DNA of 64,000 bases, from contig CAVQGX010000020.1 of assembly GCA_963712115.1 (NCBI GenBank), positions 160,001 through 224,000 of the forward strand, in the 5' to 3' direction. The notes below the pieces were generated by a model. It was not told the origin of the DNA, did not search any database, and saw only the letters and a list, made by a program, of their open reading frames with translations. Within the stretch, counting starts at the first letter, position 1; every line of letters begins with the position of its first letter. Positions 43,248 to 53,817 of this stretch are shown here, piece after piece. A program made the position numbers and the translations under genes. The DNA comes from an uncultured delta proteobacterium (GTDB taxonomy: Bacteria > Desulfobacterota > Syntrophobacteria > BM002).

Positions 43248-44156
43248 CTAGCTGAGTTCCACCATTACCTTCTGGTTGCCGCCGTTGTTCTTGGCGAGGT
43301 AGAGGGCTTGGTCGGCTTCTCTGATCATATCATCCAGGTCTTGTTCCAGATTGTTGCTGGAGTTTTTCAGTTTAGCTATGCCGATGCTCAGGCTGGTGGG
43401 AAGCAGATTTTTTTCGTTATATTCTTTGCAAAATCTCTCTGCCACCATTAGAGCCTGTCGAGGGTTGGCGTGCAGTACAGTGACGGCAAACTCGTCACCG
43501 CCATAGCGGTAGCCCGAATCCACGTTGTTGCGAATGTTGCGTGATATTATCTCGGCCAGCTCTTTGAGGAGCCTGTCTCCCTGTTGGTGGCCGTATTTGT
43601 CGTTATAAATCTTGAAGTTGTCAATATCGATGAGGAGTAAGTAAAGATCGTAATGTTGTCGGGAGGCACGAATCGCCTCATTTCTTAGGTTCTCATCCAG
43701 ATATCTCCGATTGTATAGTCCCGTAAGGGCGTCACAGGTTGAAAGCCGTCTCAACTCAGATCTCATGTTCCGCTCACGGACGATCCGTCTTATCTTTGCC
43801 TCGAACTCGTTTATGTTAATCGGTTTAGAGATAAAGTCACTTGCCCCCAGGGCTATGATGTCGGTGTAGTTGTATTCTGTCTGGAACCCGGTGATGGCAA
43901 TTACATCCGTATCAATGTATTCTGCGGCAACCCTCTTGATCAAACCTATGCCGTTCAGGCGGGGCATGTTGATATCGGTAATCACTATGTCAAATTGCTC
44001 TTCCTCCATTTTCTCCAGAGCATCCATACCGTCCACTGCTGTTACACTAAGGAGGCCCATGTCGATAATCAACTCGTGGAGCAAGTCCCGCAAATCCCGA
44101 TCATCGTCCACCGAGAGCACAGATTGTCGAGCTCGATTTTCTCTATTCATGTCCAA
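43248..44156 (-). CDS. Receiver-GGDEF diguanylate cyclase
   Basis: Receiver (VDDD, TDINMP, SKP), DALTGLYNRR, DIDNFK..ND.YGH..GD, YRYGGDEF. Confidence 0.95.
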   Translation of the reverse strand: MDMNRENRARQSVLSVDDDRDLRDLLHELIIDMGLLSVTAVDGMDALEKMEEEQFDIVITDINMPRLNGIGLIKRVAAEYIDTDVIAITGFQTEYNYTDIIALGASDFISKPININEFEAKIRRIVRERNMRSELRRLSTCDALTGLYNRRYLDENLRNEAIRASRQHYDLYLLLIDIDNFKIYNDKYGHQQGDRLLKELAEIISRNIRNNVDSGYRYGGDEFAVTVLHANPRQALMVAERFCKEYNEKNLLPTSLSIGIAKLKNSSNNLEQDLDDMIREADQALYLAKNNGGNQKVMVELS

Positions 44157-44207
44157 CTCGCGAAGATTCCAGCTTACAGTCCCCCTTGGTCAATTGTCTG
44201 TTGCATC

Positions 44208-44420
44208 GAAGGCATGGGGCATAGGGCATGGGGAAAAATCCTAATTTGGAATTTCGAAATTTTCCTTCGGACTCCCACCCTTTGCATGGATTCCCGGTTT
44301 CGCAATTCTAAACTTTTTGGCCCCCTACCTCTTACAATAAATGACAGCGCAGCGTAATGACCTAATGACGGCGAAGCATAATGACCCTAATGGCCTTGCG
44401 CCCCTGGCTCTATGCGTTTT
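44208..44420. repeat. Composite dispersed repeat, copy 2
   Basis: Direct copy of 7974-8198. Confidence 0.85.
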
Positions 44421-44451
44421 TTTCAACGGACCACGGACAACTGACGCGTAG

Positions 44452-45909
44452 CTAGGGAGCTGGCTTAGAGTCACCTCCTTTGGAAGAAGATTTTTCACTC
44501 ACACCTGCATCTACCTCTGTGGACCTGTCCCAGGGGGAGAGAAATTCAAAGATTTGCCGGTAGGGGGGCAAGGGCTCCTTTTTGAAGTTCTCTTCAGCAT
44601 TTTTTGTCTTCATAATGGCTTCCACTTCATCCAAGCTTTTTTTCTTCATATTCACTACTGTCGGGGTGATCAGTAAAACCAGCTCGACTTTATCAATTTT
44701 TCGACCGCGCTGTCCGAACAATAGGCCCAAAAGAGGAATATCGCCCAAGCAGGGTACTTCGCTCCTCGTTTTGGTCAAGTTGTCCTGGATGAGACCACCA
44801 ATCAAGACCGTGTCCCCGCTCTTGGCCAGCAGCCATGTCTCGACAAAGGCAGTCCTGGTTACCGGGATTCCCTGCTCCAGCTCGGCTGAAGTGACGCTTG
44901 GTTTCACATTGAGCAACACATTACCGTCATCATCGATGTAGGGAACTATTTCCAGGACGATACCCGTGTCGATGAACTCTATGGTCTCGGTCGATACTCC
45001 CAGATTGGTGGTGGTTACGGCGTAGCCCTGTTGTCCTCCCACCTGCACTTTGGCGGGCTGGCCGTGGATGGCAAGAACCTTGGGGGTGGAGAGGGTGTTG
45101 ACCTTGGTCTTTTCTTGGAGGGCATCGATGGCAGCTGCAAACTGACGAGAGCCTGAACTAGTCAGGACGTTGAAAAAAAGACCCGAGCCCGTGTCCGGTA
45201 CCGGAGAGACGGCCTCGCCTTGAGGGAACACTTGAGGTAATGCCGCGTTACTAAAACTCGATGTGCCGACATTTACATCTCCCAATACTGCAGCCCATTC
45301 AACCCCGAGAGACATGTCATCCGTCAGGTTTATCTCTAAGATCTTTGCCTCGATCATCACCTGCTTGGGCACAGTGTCCCACTGAGCGATCATAGTCTCT
45401 ATCTTCTTGATGGTTTCGGGGGTGTCCTCTAAGTAAATGGTCTTGGAAGGTTCATGAAACTTGATTGTCCGTATGCCAGGAAAGGTACTCAGAATGTCCT
45501 TGACCTTACTCATGTCAGCGTATTTAAGTTTGAAGATCCGGGTCTGCAACCTGTCTATTTCCGGGTCTTGGGCCAGCTTGGGCTTGTAGACGTAATAGAC
45601 GTCGCCGTGCTTGTGATAGCTGAATCCTCCCGCCATGGTGATGGCATGGAGGGCTTTTTCTAAGGTCACCTGGTAGAGGTGAATGGATATTTTCCCCGTG
45701 ACCTCTTTGGCTGTTGCAATGTTGATCTCCTGCTCCATAGCCAGGGCGGAAAGAGCGTCCCTTATGTCAGTGTCAATCAGGCTGAGGTTTATCAGTCTCT
45801 GGGAAGGACCGTACTTGGACTGGTACGGGCCTTTCTCTGGTTGGGAAAAAGCCGGACCCACGACCAGGATCATTATTAGAAAGCATAGAAATGTTGTTTT
45901 TCTAATCAT
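44452..45909 (-). CDS. Secretin (PilQ/GspD family)
   Basis: QVMIEAKILE, LSTPKV, GIVLEIVP, IGGLI, VPCLGDIPLLGLLF, LLITP. Confidence 0.93.
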   Translation of the reverse strand: MIRKTTFLCFLIMILVVGPAFSQPEKGPYQSKYGPSQRLINLSLIDTDIRDALSALAMEQEINIATAKEVTGKISIHLYQVTLEKALHAITMAGGFSYHKHGDVYYVYKPKLAQDPEIDRLQTRIFKLKYADMSKVKDILSTFPGIRTIKFHEPSKTIYLEDTPETIKKIETMIAQWDTVPKQVMIEAKILEINLTDDMSLGVEWAAVLGDVNVGTSSFSNAALPQVFPQGEAVSPVPDTGSGLFFNVLTSSGSRQFAAAIDALQEKTKVNTLSTPKVLAIHGQPAKVQVGGQQGYAVTTTNLGVSTETIEFIDTGIVLEIVPYIDDDGNVLLNVKPSVTSAELEQGIPVTRTAFVETWLLAKSGDTVLIGGLIQDNLTKTRSEVPCLGDIPLLGLLFGQRGRKIDKVELVLLITPTVVNMKKKSLDEVEAIMKTKNAEENFKKEPLPPYRQIFEFLSPWDRSTEVDAGVSEKSSSKGGDSKPAP

Positions 45910-46426
45910 TGCTCACCAACTTTAGTTTGAAAGTACTGTTGCCTGATCTCAAAAAAACCTCTTTTTCCTCGATTCTAACTACTTGATACCCGTCAATCCG
46001 TTCACCCAGACGGAGGAGTTTCCCGTTAATGATTGCCACGGAATTACTCCCACCCACAATCACCCCCTTGAGCTTAAGAGAAGTAGCCTTCTGAGCTCTC
46101 GGTTGACCCTTTGGCATGATCCTTTGTTCCGCTTTTTGCAAAGGTTTCATGGGAGCAAAGACGTCTCGGAGCAAATCTCGCCTGGGTTCCTTGACCTTCG
46201 CCCTTGCTAGCTGGGTTTTCTTCAAACTTCCCATATCTAGTGGGGCTAGATCAGCCACCTCCGCCAGCCCCCTAGTGACGCTTGGTGGAAGTAGGGGAGC
46301 ATTTCCTGACGGTTTCGCCTTTAGATGGCGATACACCAACGCCGCTAGCACCATAGCCAGGCCGACTACTAAATAAATCTTTATCCGATCGCCGGTCTTT
46401 CCTTTAAGGACCCCCACCGTACCCAC
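45902..46426 (-). CDS. PilP/GspC/MshK-like membrane-anchored protein
   Basis: N-terminal TM, RDVF.P, LKGVIVG..AIING..LRLGE.I.GY.V..I; lies between pilO and the secretin. Confidence 0.6.
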   Translation of the reverse strand: MGTVGVLKGKTGDRIKIYLVVGLAMVLAALVYRHLKAKPSGNAPLLPPSVTRGLAEVADLAPLDMGSLKKTQLARAKVKEPRRDLLRDVFAPMKPLQKAEQRIMPKGQPRAQKATSLKLKGVIVGGSNSVAIINGKLLRLGERIDGYQVVRIEEKEVFLRSGNSTFKLKLVSND

Positions 46427-46430
46427 TCGT

Positions 46431-46961
46431 TTATTCCCTCTGGTAAACGTTGGCTGTCAATTCAGCCTGGCAATCTTCATCAAGGTTGCTTCTAGAAATA
46501 GTCATGTTCTCAGCAATTAACATACGGTTCATGGTTTCAAAATCATAAAGTAAGTTGTAGATATTGACAAAAGAGCCTTGTAACATCAACTTGATTGGAA
46601 TTTTGGTATAAAGTTTCTCTTCGACGCTAGCCATAGGTTGCATACTGATTAATGTGACTTTCCTTTTTTTCATAGAAAAATCTATTTCTTTTAATACTTC
46701 ACCAATATTTACTGCCTTTGGTATGCGTTTATCTAGAAATTCCAATTCTTTTTTTGTCTGGATCATAAGCAAATTTATATTTTTAAAATTATCTTCTGCC
46801 GATCTTAGTTGGTCTATACTTTTTGATACTATTTCATTATCCTGACGCAGTTGCCTATGTTTGCTTAAGCTATTCTTTATTACCCAGTAACCACATGTCA
46901 ATGAAAGAGTGATCACTAGAAAGAAGCCAATTCGATCAAGTGTTTTAACACTAATCTGCAT
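46431..46961 (-). CDS. pilO: PilO-like protein
   Basis: TM, coiled coil, YTKIPIKLMLQGSF; position. Confidence 0.75.
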   Translation of the reverse strand: MQISVKTLDRIGFFLVITLSLTCGYWVIKNSLSKHRQLRQDNEIVSKSIDQLRSAEDNFKNINLLMIQTKKELEFLDKRIPKAVNIGEVLKEIDFSMKKRKVTLISMQPMASVEEKLYTKIPIKLMLQGSFVNIYNLLYDFETMNRMLIAENMTISRSNLDEDCQAELTANVYQRE

Positions 46962-47548
46962 TATATTTTCGAAATTTTACATTCAATGTTAAATTGCATT
47001 AGGCGAACTGTTTTGCCCGAGCCTTTACTAAACTGCGAATTTACGTTCTCACGAGCCTGTTGCAACACTACATCCTTGAACATCGGTTCGTTGGTAAGTT
47101 GCTTCAAGAAACTTCCCAGTTCGTCTGCAGAAAAAGAAAAACCTGTCAGCCTCAACCGGATGGAGGATTGTTCCTCATGGCCACTGTCTATAGTCAGTTG
47201 GCTTAGCCAGGTGGCTTCATTCATAAGGTCTGCCAGTTTAGCGAATATTTGCGAATAAGGAGCACCGAGAGTAATATTTTCCAATCCGGCTTGTTCTTGC
47301 TGCATCCTGTCCAATTCTACTTGAATTCGCCTGATTTCATTTATTTTGCTGCCAAGGTGTTGATGTTTTTGCTTTAGTTCTGCTAAGGTGCGTTTTTTGG
47401 CCTGTAGTGCATATATTTGGTAAAAATAAAAGGTCCAAATAAGACTCAGTGAGATGGCCATGCAAGCCGTCCAAAAAAATAGGTGGCGCAGAAATTCTCT
47501 ACGGGCCAAAATCTCAGCTGGAATCAGATTTGTCTCTCTTAGAGCCAT
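46961..47548 (-). CDS. pilN: PilN-like protein
   Basis: ETNLIP motif, TM, coiled coil, TWLSQL, LTGFS. Confidence 0.8.
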   Translation of the reverse strand: MALRETNLIPAEILARREFLRHLFFWTACMAISLSLIWTFYFYQIYALQAKKRTLAELKQKHQHLGSKINEIRRIQVELDRMQQEQAGLENITLGAPYSQIFAKLADLMNEATWLSQLTIDSGHEEQSSIRLRLTGFSFSADELGSFLKQLTNEPMFKDVVLQQARENVNSQFSKGSGKTVRLMQFNIECKISKI

Positions 47549-48648
47549 GTTACCTTTCTCATAGCCAAGCCCAGAGCTAGGCTAAATGGCCCACCTTCGG
47601 ATAGGTCCGAAAGAGAAGCGTCCTTAGACAAGCTCACTTTATTAAGTGGATTAATCAGGCTGGCTGGAATATTCAGTCTTTTCTCCAGATAGCGGTCTAA
47701 ATGGCGAATAAAGGTTCCCGGCCCATAAATATAGATCCCCTCTATAACCGCATCCTGTCGCTCAGACCGCGCATAGCCGATGACCCTGTGGAACTCATGA
47801 ACCAATTCCTCGATATGTGGGTTTATGATCTGGTAAATGGCGCGGTACATGTCCCTCACATCCTCAGGAGGAGTTTTGTCTTCGGGGGCTAAACAGTCCA
47901 AACAATCTTCATAGAAAAGGCCGTATTTTTTTAGGAGAACCTTGGCTTTATCACTGTCGGGTGAGAGTTCAAGGTTGGCCTGTAGATTCTTCAGCACTGT
48001 TCGGATACCCCGGGCAACACTGCGCTGAACCAAGATGCTGTCTTTGGTTACAACTGAGAGGAGGCTTTGGGAGTAGCCGATATTGCACAAGATTATTGAA
48101 TCCTGGATGGTCTGCTGGGGATAATTGTGGAACCGCAGTAAAGATGAAACCCCGAAATCAACTACCTCTACGGTCAAACCGGCGGTTTTTAGCATGGAGA
48201 GATAGTTGGCCATCTGATCTTTCCGAGCCGCAACAACGCTGGCCCTGTATTTGTTCCCCTCATCCCCATCAACAAAGGTGAGTGACGGGTAGTCTATTAT
48301 GGCTTCTTCCAAGGGAAAGGTAAGATACTGTCTCGAGTTTCGCATGATGGCAGTTTCTACGGTTTCATCTTTACCGAGCTGAAAGCTAATGGGAAAGCTA
48401 AGGATGTATTCGCTGGGAAAGTGAACCACAACTCTCTTACCCTTAAGTTTCTTATCTTTAACCACATCCCTCAGCAGAGGAATCAAAACATCTTTTGCCT
48501 CTAGAATTCCGCCCTTCTCACTCTGATATTCTCGATGGACCAGACCCCTGATCACTAGACCCTGCCTGTTTTCTTTAAACTGGGCAGCGTAAATATTGTT
48601 TTTGCCTATATCAATACCTATGGGGTATTTGCTGTTTAAGTTAAGCAT
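47539..48648 (-). CDS. pilM: PilM-like protein
   Basis: IGIDIG actin-like start, NIGY, LALGLAMR end. Confidence 0.85.
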   Translation of the reverse strand: MLNLNSKYPIGIDIGKNNIYAAQFKENRQGLVIRGLVHREYQSEKGGILEAKDVLIPLLRDVVKDKKLKGKRVVVHFPSEYILSFPISFQLGKDETVETAIMRNSRQYLTFPLEEAIIDYPSLTFVDGDEGNKYRASVVAARKDQMANYLSMLKTAGLTVEVVDFGVSSLLRFHNYPQQTIQDSIILCNIGYSQSLLSVVTKDSILVQRSVARGIRTVLKNLQANLELSPDSDKAKVLLKKYGLFYEDCLDCLAPEDKTPPEDVRDMYRAIYQIINPHIEELVHEFHRVIGYARSERQDAVIEGIYIYGPGTFIRHLDRYLEKRLNIPASLINPLNKVSLSKDASLSDLSEGGPFSLALGLAMRKVTWL

Positions 48649-48709
48649 AGTGTTCTCTGGAAATTTTAATGACTACAGACCTAAGCTATTCCACTCGCCA
48701 ACTCCAGTC

Positions 48710-48725
48710 TGCAAGGCTCATGCCA
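48710..48725 (-). promoter_or_regulatory. Sigma-54 promoter upstream of pilM
   Basis: TGGCAT-GAGCC-TTGCA. Confidence 0.75.
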
Positions 48726-48776
48726 CAGCCCGGATATTGCATGAATCGCTTGCTGCGACTTTGGAGTGAGCAATCC

Positions 48777-51287
48777 TCAGTTCGACTGCCGGTAGATTTG
48801 GGACAGCCTCTCAATGGAAGAGGGTTCATAAACAGAAATGTCTGATGGATAATAGAGGGCAGCGTCGGTGGCCGGTTGATCATTGCCGTTGTAGCCGCAG
48901 AAAGTAGTGCCAGCAATAGTGGTTATAATAGCTGTGGTGCCATCCACCATTCTGACTCGACAGTTATCAGTGTCGACAATAAACATATTTCCCGAGCTAT
49001 CTACCCATACGCCTTCCGGATAATCCAGTTGAGCTTGGGTGGCCAGTCCACCGTCGCCTGAAAAACCCGGGGTACCATTTCCGGCAACGGTGTTTATGAT
49101 CTTGGTTGTGGCATCCACCTTTCTGACCACATCGTTCTTGGTGTCCGTAACGTAGATGTTTCCGGAAGCATCCACATACACGCCAGTGGGTGTATTCAAA
49201 AGAGCCTCGGTTGCCAGGCCACCATCGCCTGAAAAGCCAGCATTCGTACCCTGGCCCACCACGGTGTCTATGATCCCTGTGGTGGCATCCACTTTTCGAA
49301 TGCAGTGACTGTGAGAGTCGGCAATGTAGAGGTTGCCTTCTTTGTCCACTGCCACATCATAAGATTTCATGATGCTGGCATCTATGGCCAACCCTCCATC
49401 TCCTTTAAATTTGGCGTCGAACCGTCGCCAACTACAGTGGTTATTATCTGGGTTTGAGCATCCACTTTTCTGATACGGTAGTTGTAGGTATCCACAATGT
49501 AGATATTCCCTGCCGAATCCACGTAAACACTGAAGGGATACCTGAGCCTGGCGCTGGTTGCAGGTCCGCCGTCTCCGGAAAATCCTTTGGAACCGGTACC
49601 GGCAACGGTAGTGATGATTCCGGTTTTGGCATTTACCTTTCTGATCCGATGATTGTAAGTATCGGCAATGTAGAGATTTCCAGAAGCATCCAGGTGCACG
49701 CCAAAAGGGTAATTAAGTCTAGCCCAGGTAGCCAGTATGTTATCCCCGTTGTAGCCCGACCAAATGGTGCCGGCGGCTGAGGTGAGAAAGCCCTCTTTGA
49801 GGTCCACCTTTCTAATCCGATAATTAGAAGGATCGGAAATGTAGAGGTAGGCAGGGGCAGGAGACTCGTAGGCGCAGACACCCTGAGGTTTTTTGAGTGA
49901 GGCATCGATGGCCAGCCCGTAGTCACCCGAGTAACCCTCGCTGCCATTGCCTGCGGCAGTGGTAATATCTTTCGTGGTAACGCTTACTTTTCTTATGCGG
50001 CTGTTTTCGGTATCAGCAATGAGTAGATTCCCTATTTCATCCAGCCAAACGGTTTTTGGTTTTTTGAGTGAAGCAAGAATGGCCTGGTCACCATCTCCCG
50101 AATAATCTCCTGAGCCATTGCCTGCGACCGTGGTAATTGTCATGGTACCAGCATCGTCATAGACCATTCTGATGCGGTGGTTTTCGGTGTCAGCAATATA
50201 GATGTTTCCCAAACTATCGACAACAACCCCGGATGGTTTGTCCAGTTTGGCTGAGGTTGCCGGCCCGTCGTCTCCCAAATAACCATGGTCGCCGTCGCCA
50301 GCTACGGTAGTGATTATATTGGTTCCACCATCCACTTTTCTGATGACATGATTTTCCGTGTCGGCAATATAGATGTTATTAGAACTATCGACAAAAACCC
50401 CCAGAGGTTTCTTGAGCGAAGCCAGGGTAGCCTGGAAGGTATCTCCCGAATAACCTCCTGACCCGTTGCCAGCGACGGTAGTAATTATCCCGGTTTCACC
50501 ATCCACTTTTCTGATGACATGATTTTCCGTGTCGGCAATATAGATGTTCTCCAATGCGTCAACAAAAACCGCGCTCGGTTTGTCGAGTTGGGCCTGAGTG
50601 GCCGGTCCATTATCTCCCGAATAGCCTATGACTGCCGTTGCCTGCCACCGTAGTTATTTCCCTGGTTGTGGCATCCACTTTTCTGATGACGTGATTTTCC
50701 GTGTCGGCAATATAGATGTTTTCGGAACTATCGACAAAAACTCCCTGCGGTTTGTCGAGTCTGGCTTCCACTGCTGGCCCATTGTCACCCGTATAGCCGC
50801 TGTTGCCGGTGCCCGCGATGGTATCGATTATCCCGGTTGTTGTATCCACTCTTCTGATGACATGATTTTCCGTGTCAGCAATAAGGTAGAAAATTCTGGT
50901 CTGAGCAATCAGCTGAAAAGAAGTTGAGAATTGTTTGATCCCCCCCCCGGGGACTTTAACCGTAACCGTGACCACATCTTTAAAGCCGGTGATGGAGGCG
51001 TCAACCACTGTGCGAGTGTAGCTAATGCCCTCGAATACGTAATCCTCACCTGAACTGCTTGTTCGCCAAGCAGGATTGCGGCTCAGATTCCAGGCAGCCT
51101 CTTCAAGGGCTGCTATCTGGCCCAGGTGGACCTGGCTGTTCCGGGTTTGGTTGGCCGTCACCCTGGCCTGCATGGAGGCTCGCCTGTTCATGCCCGCTGC
51201 CATTGCAGCCATGACAAGCATCATCAGGACGACTACAATGAGCACGTAGCCTCGGTCGTTCTTATGTCTTCTAATAAGTTCCAGCAT
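48777..51287 (-). CDS. PilX/GspK-like pilin fused to about 12 NHL repeats (indels near 50628 and 49417)
   Basis: RG|YVLIVVVLMMLVM prepilin start; ORFs 50610..51287, 49382..50554 and 48777..49391 are one continuous YIADTENHVIRKVD...TVAG.G..G.SGDGG repeat series. Confidence 0.8.
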
Positions 51288-51399
51288 GTCTCAAAATTCA
51301 ATAGCTTTCTGGTTACAACCAAATCCCAATCAGCAATGAAAGAATCCAGTAGCTCTATGCTTCCCAAATCCGCAATCCGCAATCTAAAATCTCCAATCA

Positions 51400-52095
51400 T
51401 CAATTCACATAAAACCCTCTAACCCTGGTCTTCAGGCTCACCTCGTGCTCGCCGGCACTTAGGGTTAGCAGAATTTCGACCAAGTTCGGGGCCAACAGGG
51501 TGCATTGGAAAGCGGTTACATGCTCACAGAGCAACTTTTTCTCCTTGGGATCATAAAGGTCCGAGGTTCCATAGTTTGGCATCTCTTCCATGAGTTTCCA
51601 GTTGTTGCCATCGCTTTTGTCCAGATCGAAGGAGATTGGGTCTGGAGGATCTTCTGGGGTCCCCTCGTTGACCTGGCCGTTGTGATCGTTGTCAGCATCA
51701 AGATAGCCGTCACCCTCAAACAGATAACTATGGAGGTCGTTGTCGTAGGTGTCGATCAAGCGCTCGCTCACAACAAGCTTGTCCACGGAAGGCACGTCAA
51801 TCTGGTCTGTTTCCTGAACAAACATCACCATGCGTTCCATGGCATAACGGGCCTGGGCCAGGAGTTCGGTTTTCTCAGTTGTCTGGCGATGGGCAGAGAG
51901 GGCGGTCCCCATGACTTGCTGGAGACCAATCATGATCATAGCGAGAATGGCAATGCTAATGAGGAGCTCGAGGAGGGTAAAACCTGAAGAGTCATGAATC
52001 CCTCGGGGCCTCTGCAAGCTATTAAATCGAGGAGGTTTTTCCCTGGTTTTCAATTCTTTACTCGCTGCCAACCCATCATGCCAACCTTCCATCAT
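51400..52095 (-). CDS. Minor pilin/pseudopilin (PilW/GspJ-like)
   Basis: SG|FTLLELLISIAIL. Confidence 0.85.
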   Translation of the reverse strand: MMEGWHDGLAASKELKTREKPPRFNSLQRPRGIHDSSGFTLLELLISIAILAMIMIGLQQVMGTALSAHRQTTEKTELLAQARYAMERMVMFVQETDQIDVPSVDKLVVSERLIDTYDNDLHSYLFEGDGYLDADNDHNGQVNEGTPEDPPDPISFDLDKSDGNNWKLMEEMPNYGTSDLYDPKEKKLLCEHVTAFQCTLLAPNLVEILLTLSAGEHEVSLKTRVRGFYVN

Positions 52096-52178
52096 TCCAA
52101 TATTCCCAATTTGGGATCCCTTAGGTGGGCTGAGGCGAGCGGAGCTAGCTCGAGAAAATTCGAGCAGGGAACGAAGTT

Positions 52179-52676
52179 CTAGTATTGGGATTTGAGAGTG
52201 GCGAAATGAAGATGCTCTAAGGTGACACTCAGCTGCAGCAGCCCGTCCAGGCCCCCGCTTGCATCAGTAATAGCCACAGTGGGGGTATAGTTTATTCCCT
52301 TAAAACTAAAAGTCTCCTTATCTGCCTCGGCGGCCGAGCCAAAAAGGGCCGCCAGGTTTACGGGGTCGCCCTGGTTGTTGTTTAGAGTGTCGAAATCGAA
52401 GGCCATGACCCGATTGAGGGTGCCCCTGGCTTGATTAGCGAAAACCGCTGTCTCTTCATCTGCGCTGGCTGTTAAGACGGCAGGGGCAAAGGCACGGACC
52501 ATGGGCACAATGGCAATGGCAAGAATCAGCACCACCAGCATGATTTCGAGAAAAGTGAAGCCCCTGCAATTCATTGGTATGAAAGCTCTGGTTGAAATGG
52601 AATTTCTCATAAATCTAATCGACCCTGATTTTGCCGGTAGTTCCATCCACGGTGATGGTTTTGCTGTCTCCTCCAA
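52179..52676 (-). CDS. Minor pilin/pseudopilin (PilV/GspI-like); true start probably downstream (about 52610)
   Basis: RG|FTFLEIMLVVLIL. Confidence 0.8.
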   Translation of the reverse strand: MEETAKPSPWMELPAKSGSIRFMRNSISTRAFIPMNCRGFTFLEIMLVVLILAIAIVPMVRAFAPAVLTASADEETAVFANQARGTLNRVMAFDFDTLNNNQGDPVNLAALFGSAAEADKETFSFKGINYTPTVAITDASGGLDGLLQLSVTLEHLHFATLKSQY

Positions 52677-53175
52677 AACTCAGGACAAAAAAGGAGTCGT
52701 CAGATGAGGAGTGACCATCCGGGTAAAATGAGATGACCCCACCAGTATCAGTAGGCGCTGCATCTATGCTTACCCCCTCATATGTGTGGATTGTGTCAAG
52801 GTCTACGATGTACCAGTTCTTATCGAGAGGATTAATTACCACACCATAACCGTCTACGGGTGGTGTCTCGTCGTGATGAGGGTTGCTATCATCTCTGTGC
52901 TGGTAATCAAATACCCTGAACCAGTTCCCGTCCACATCCGCCTTAAGGCCAAAAGGCCGCTGATGAGTCACAGCCAGGCTCTGGGCATATTGCAGCCCGC
53001 AGACCATCTCCCGGGCGGCCTCGTTCAGCCTAGCCCCGGTCATCATTGAATACAGCTGGGGTGCCAAAATCACCCCCATGATCCCGAGGATCATAAGGAC
53101 AATAAGCAAATCGAGGAGGCTGAAGCCCCTATTCCTCTGCCTGGCAAACACCGTTCTATCCCAGACAACAAGCAA
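52615..53175 (-). CDS. Minor pilin/pseudopilin (FimT/GspH-like)
   Basis: RG|FSLLDLLIVLMIL, LQYAQSLA, FYPDG. Confidence 0.85.
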   Translation of the reverse strand: MLVVWDRTVFARQRNRGFSLLDLLIVLMILGIMGVILAPQLYSMMTGARLNEAAREMVCGLQYAQSLAVTHQRPFGLKADVDGNWFRVFDYQHRDDSNPHHDETPPVDGYGVVINPLDKNWYIVDLDTIHTYEGVSIDAAPTDTGGVISFYPDGHSSSDDSFFVLSFGGDSKTITVDGTTGKIRVD

Positions 53176-53742
53176 CTACATGGCCGCGTGGGCATCACTG
53201 TCGTTGGCGAAGAAGAGCCCAAGGGGTGCGTAGTATCGCCAGCCGGCAGTGCTTCCACCGTCCCTCACCCTTGCAGCAGTGATGTCGTTTTGATCGAACA
53301 CACATACCACGTCGACCGCATCAGCTGGAGCGCTGACGTAGGGATTCTGGGGCAGCGCGCCCAGCTTCAGATAGGGACCGAATTTAAAGGTGGCATCTTG
53401 GGTCGCCTGGATCCTGCCGTTGATGTCAGTAAACTGGGTAAGTTGCGCCAGTAATGCGACACGGGCTGCAGCATTGTCGGCCACAAGGGTTGTTCCATCA
53501 GCCTCCGAATAAATACCCGGGTACCTGTTTCCGTGCTGAGCCGCATACACTTCGATTGCACTTCTTACCGTGGTCAGATTGCTTTGCAGGGTGTTCAGCC
53601 TGGCGTCTTCGGTGGAGACGGTAATCTGTGGCACAATGATCATGGCCAGGATTCCCAAAATAATCACCACCACAAGCATCTCAATTAAGGTAAATCCCGA
53701 CTGGTCCTTAAGCTTTTGAGTCCTAAACTCCCTAATCATCAC
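53176..53742 (-). CDS. Major pilin/pseudopilin (GspG/PilA-like)
   Basis: SG|FTLIEMLVVVIILGILAMII, RSAIEVY...G.YP, GPYL..LPQNPY. Confidence 0.9.
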   Translation of the reverse strand: MMIREFRTQKLKDQSGFTLIEMLVVVIILGILAMIIVPQITVSTEDARLNTLQSNLTTVRSAIEVYAAQHGNRYPGIYSEADGTTLVADNAAARVALLAQLTQFTDINGRIQATQDATFKFGPYLKLGALPQNPYVSAPADAVDVVCVFDQNDITAARVRDGGSTAGWRYYAPLGLFFANDSDAHAAM

Positions 53743-53801
53743 TACACCTCCTCTAGTAAACGTCCTTCAACATTAAGATAAATCGTTGAAGTTTTGCATT
53801 A

Positions 53802-53817
53802 TGCAATCTGCATGCCT
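53802..53817 (-). promoter_or_regulatory. Internal sigma-54 promoter for the major pilin, overlapping the pilC stop codon
   Basis: AGGCAT-GCAGA-TTGCA. Confidence 0.65.
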
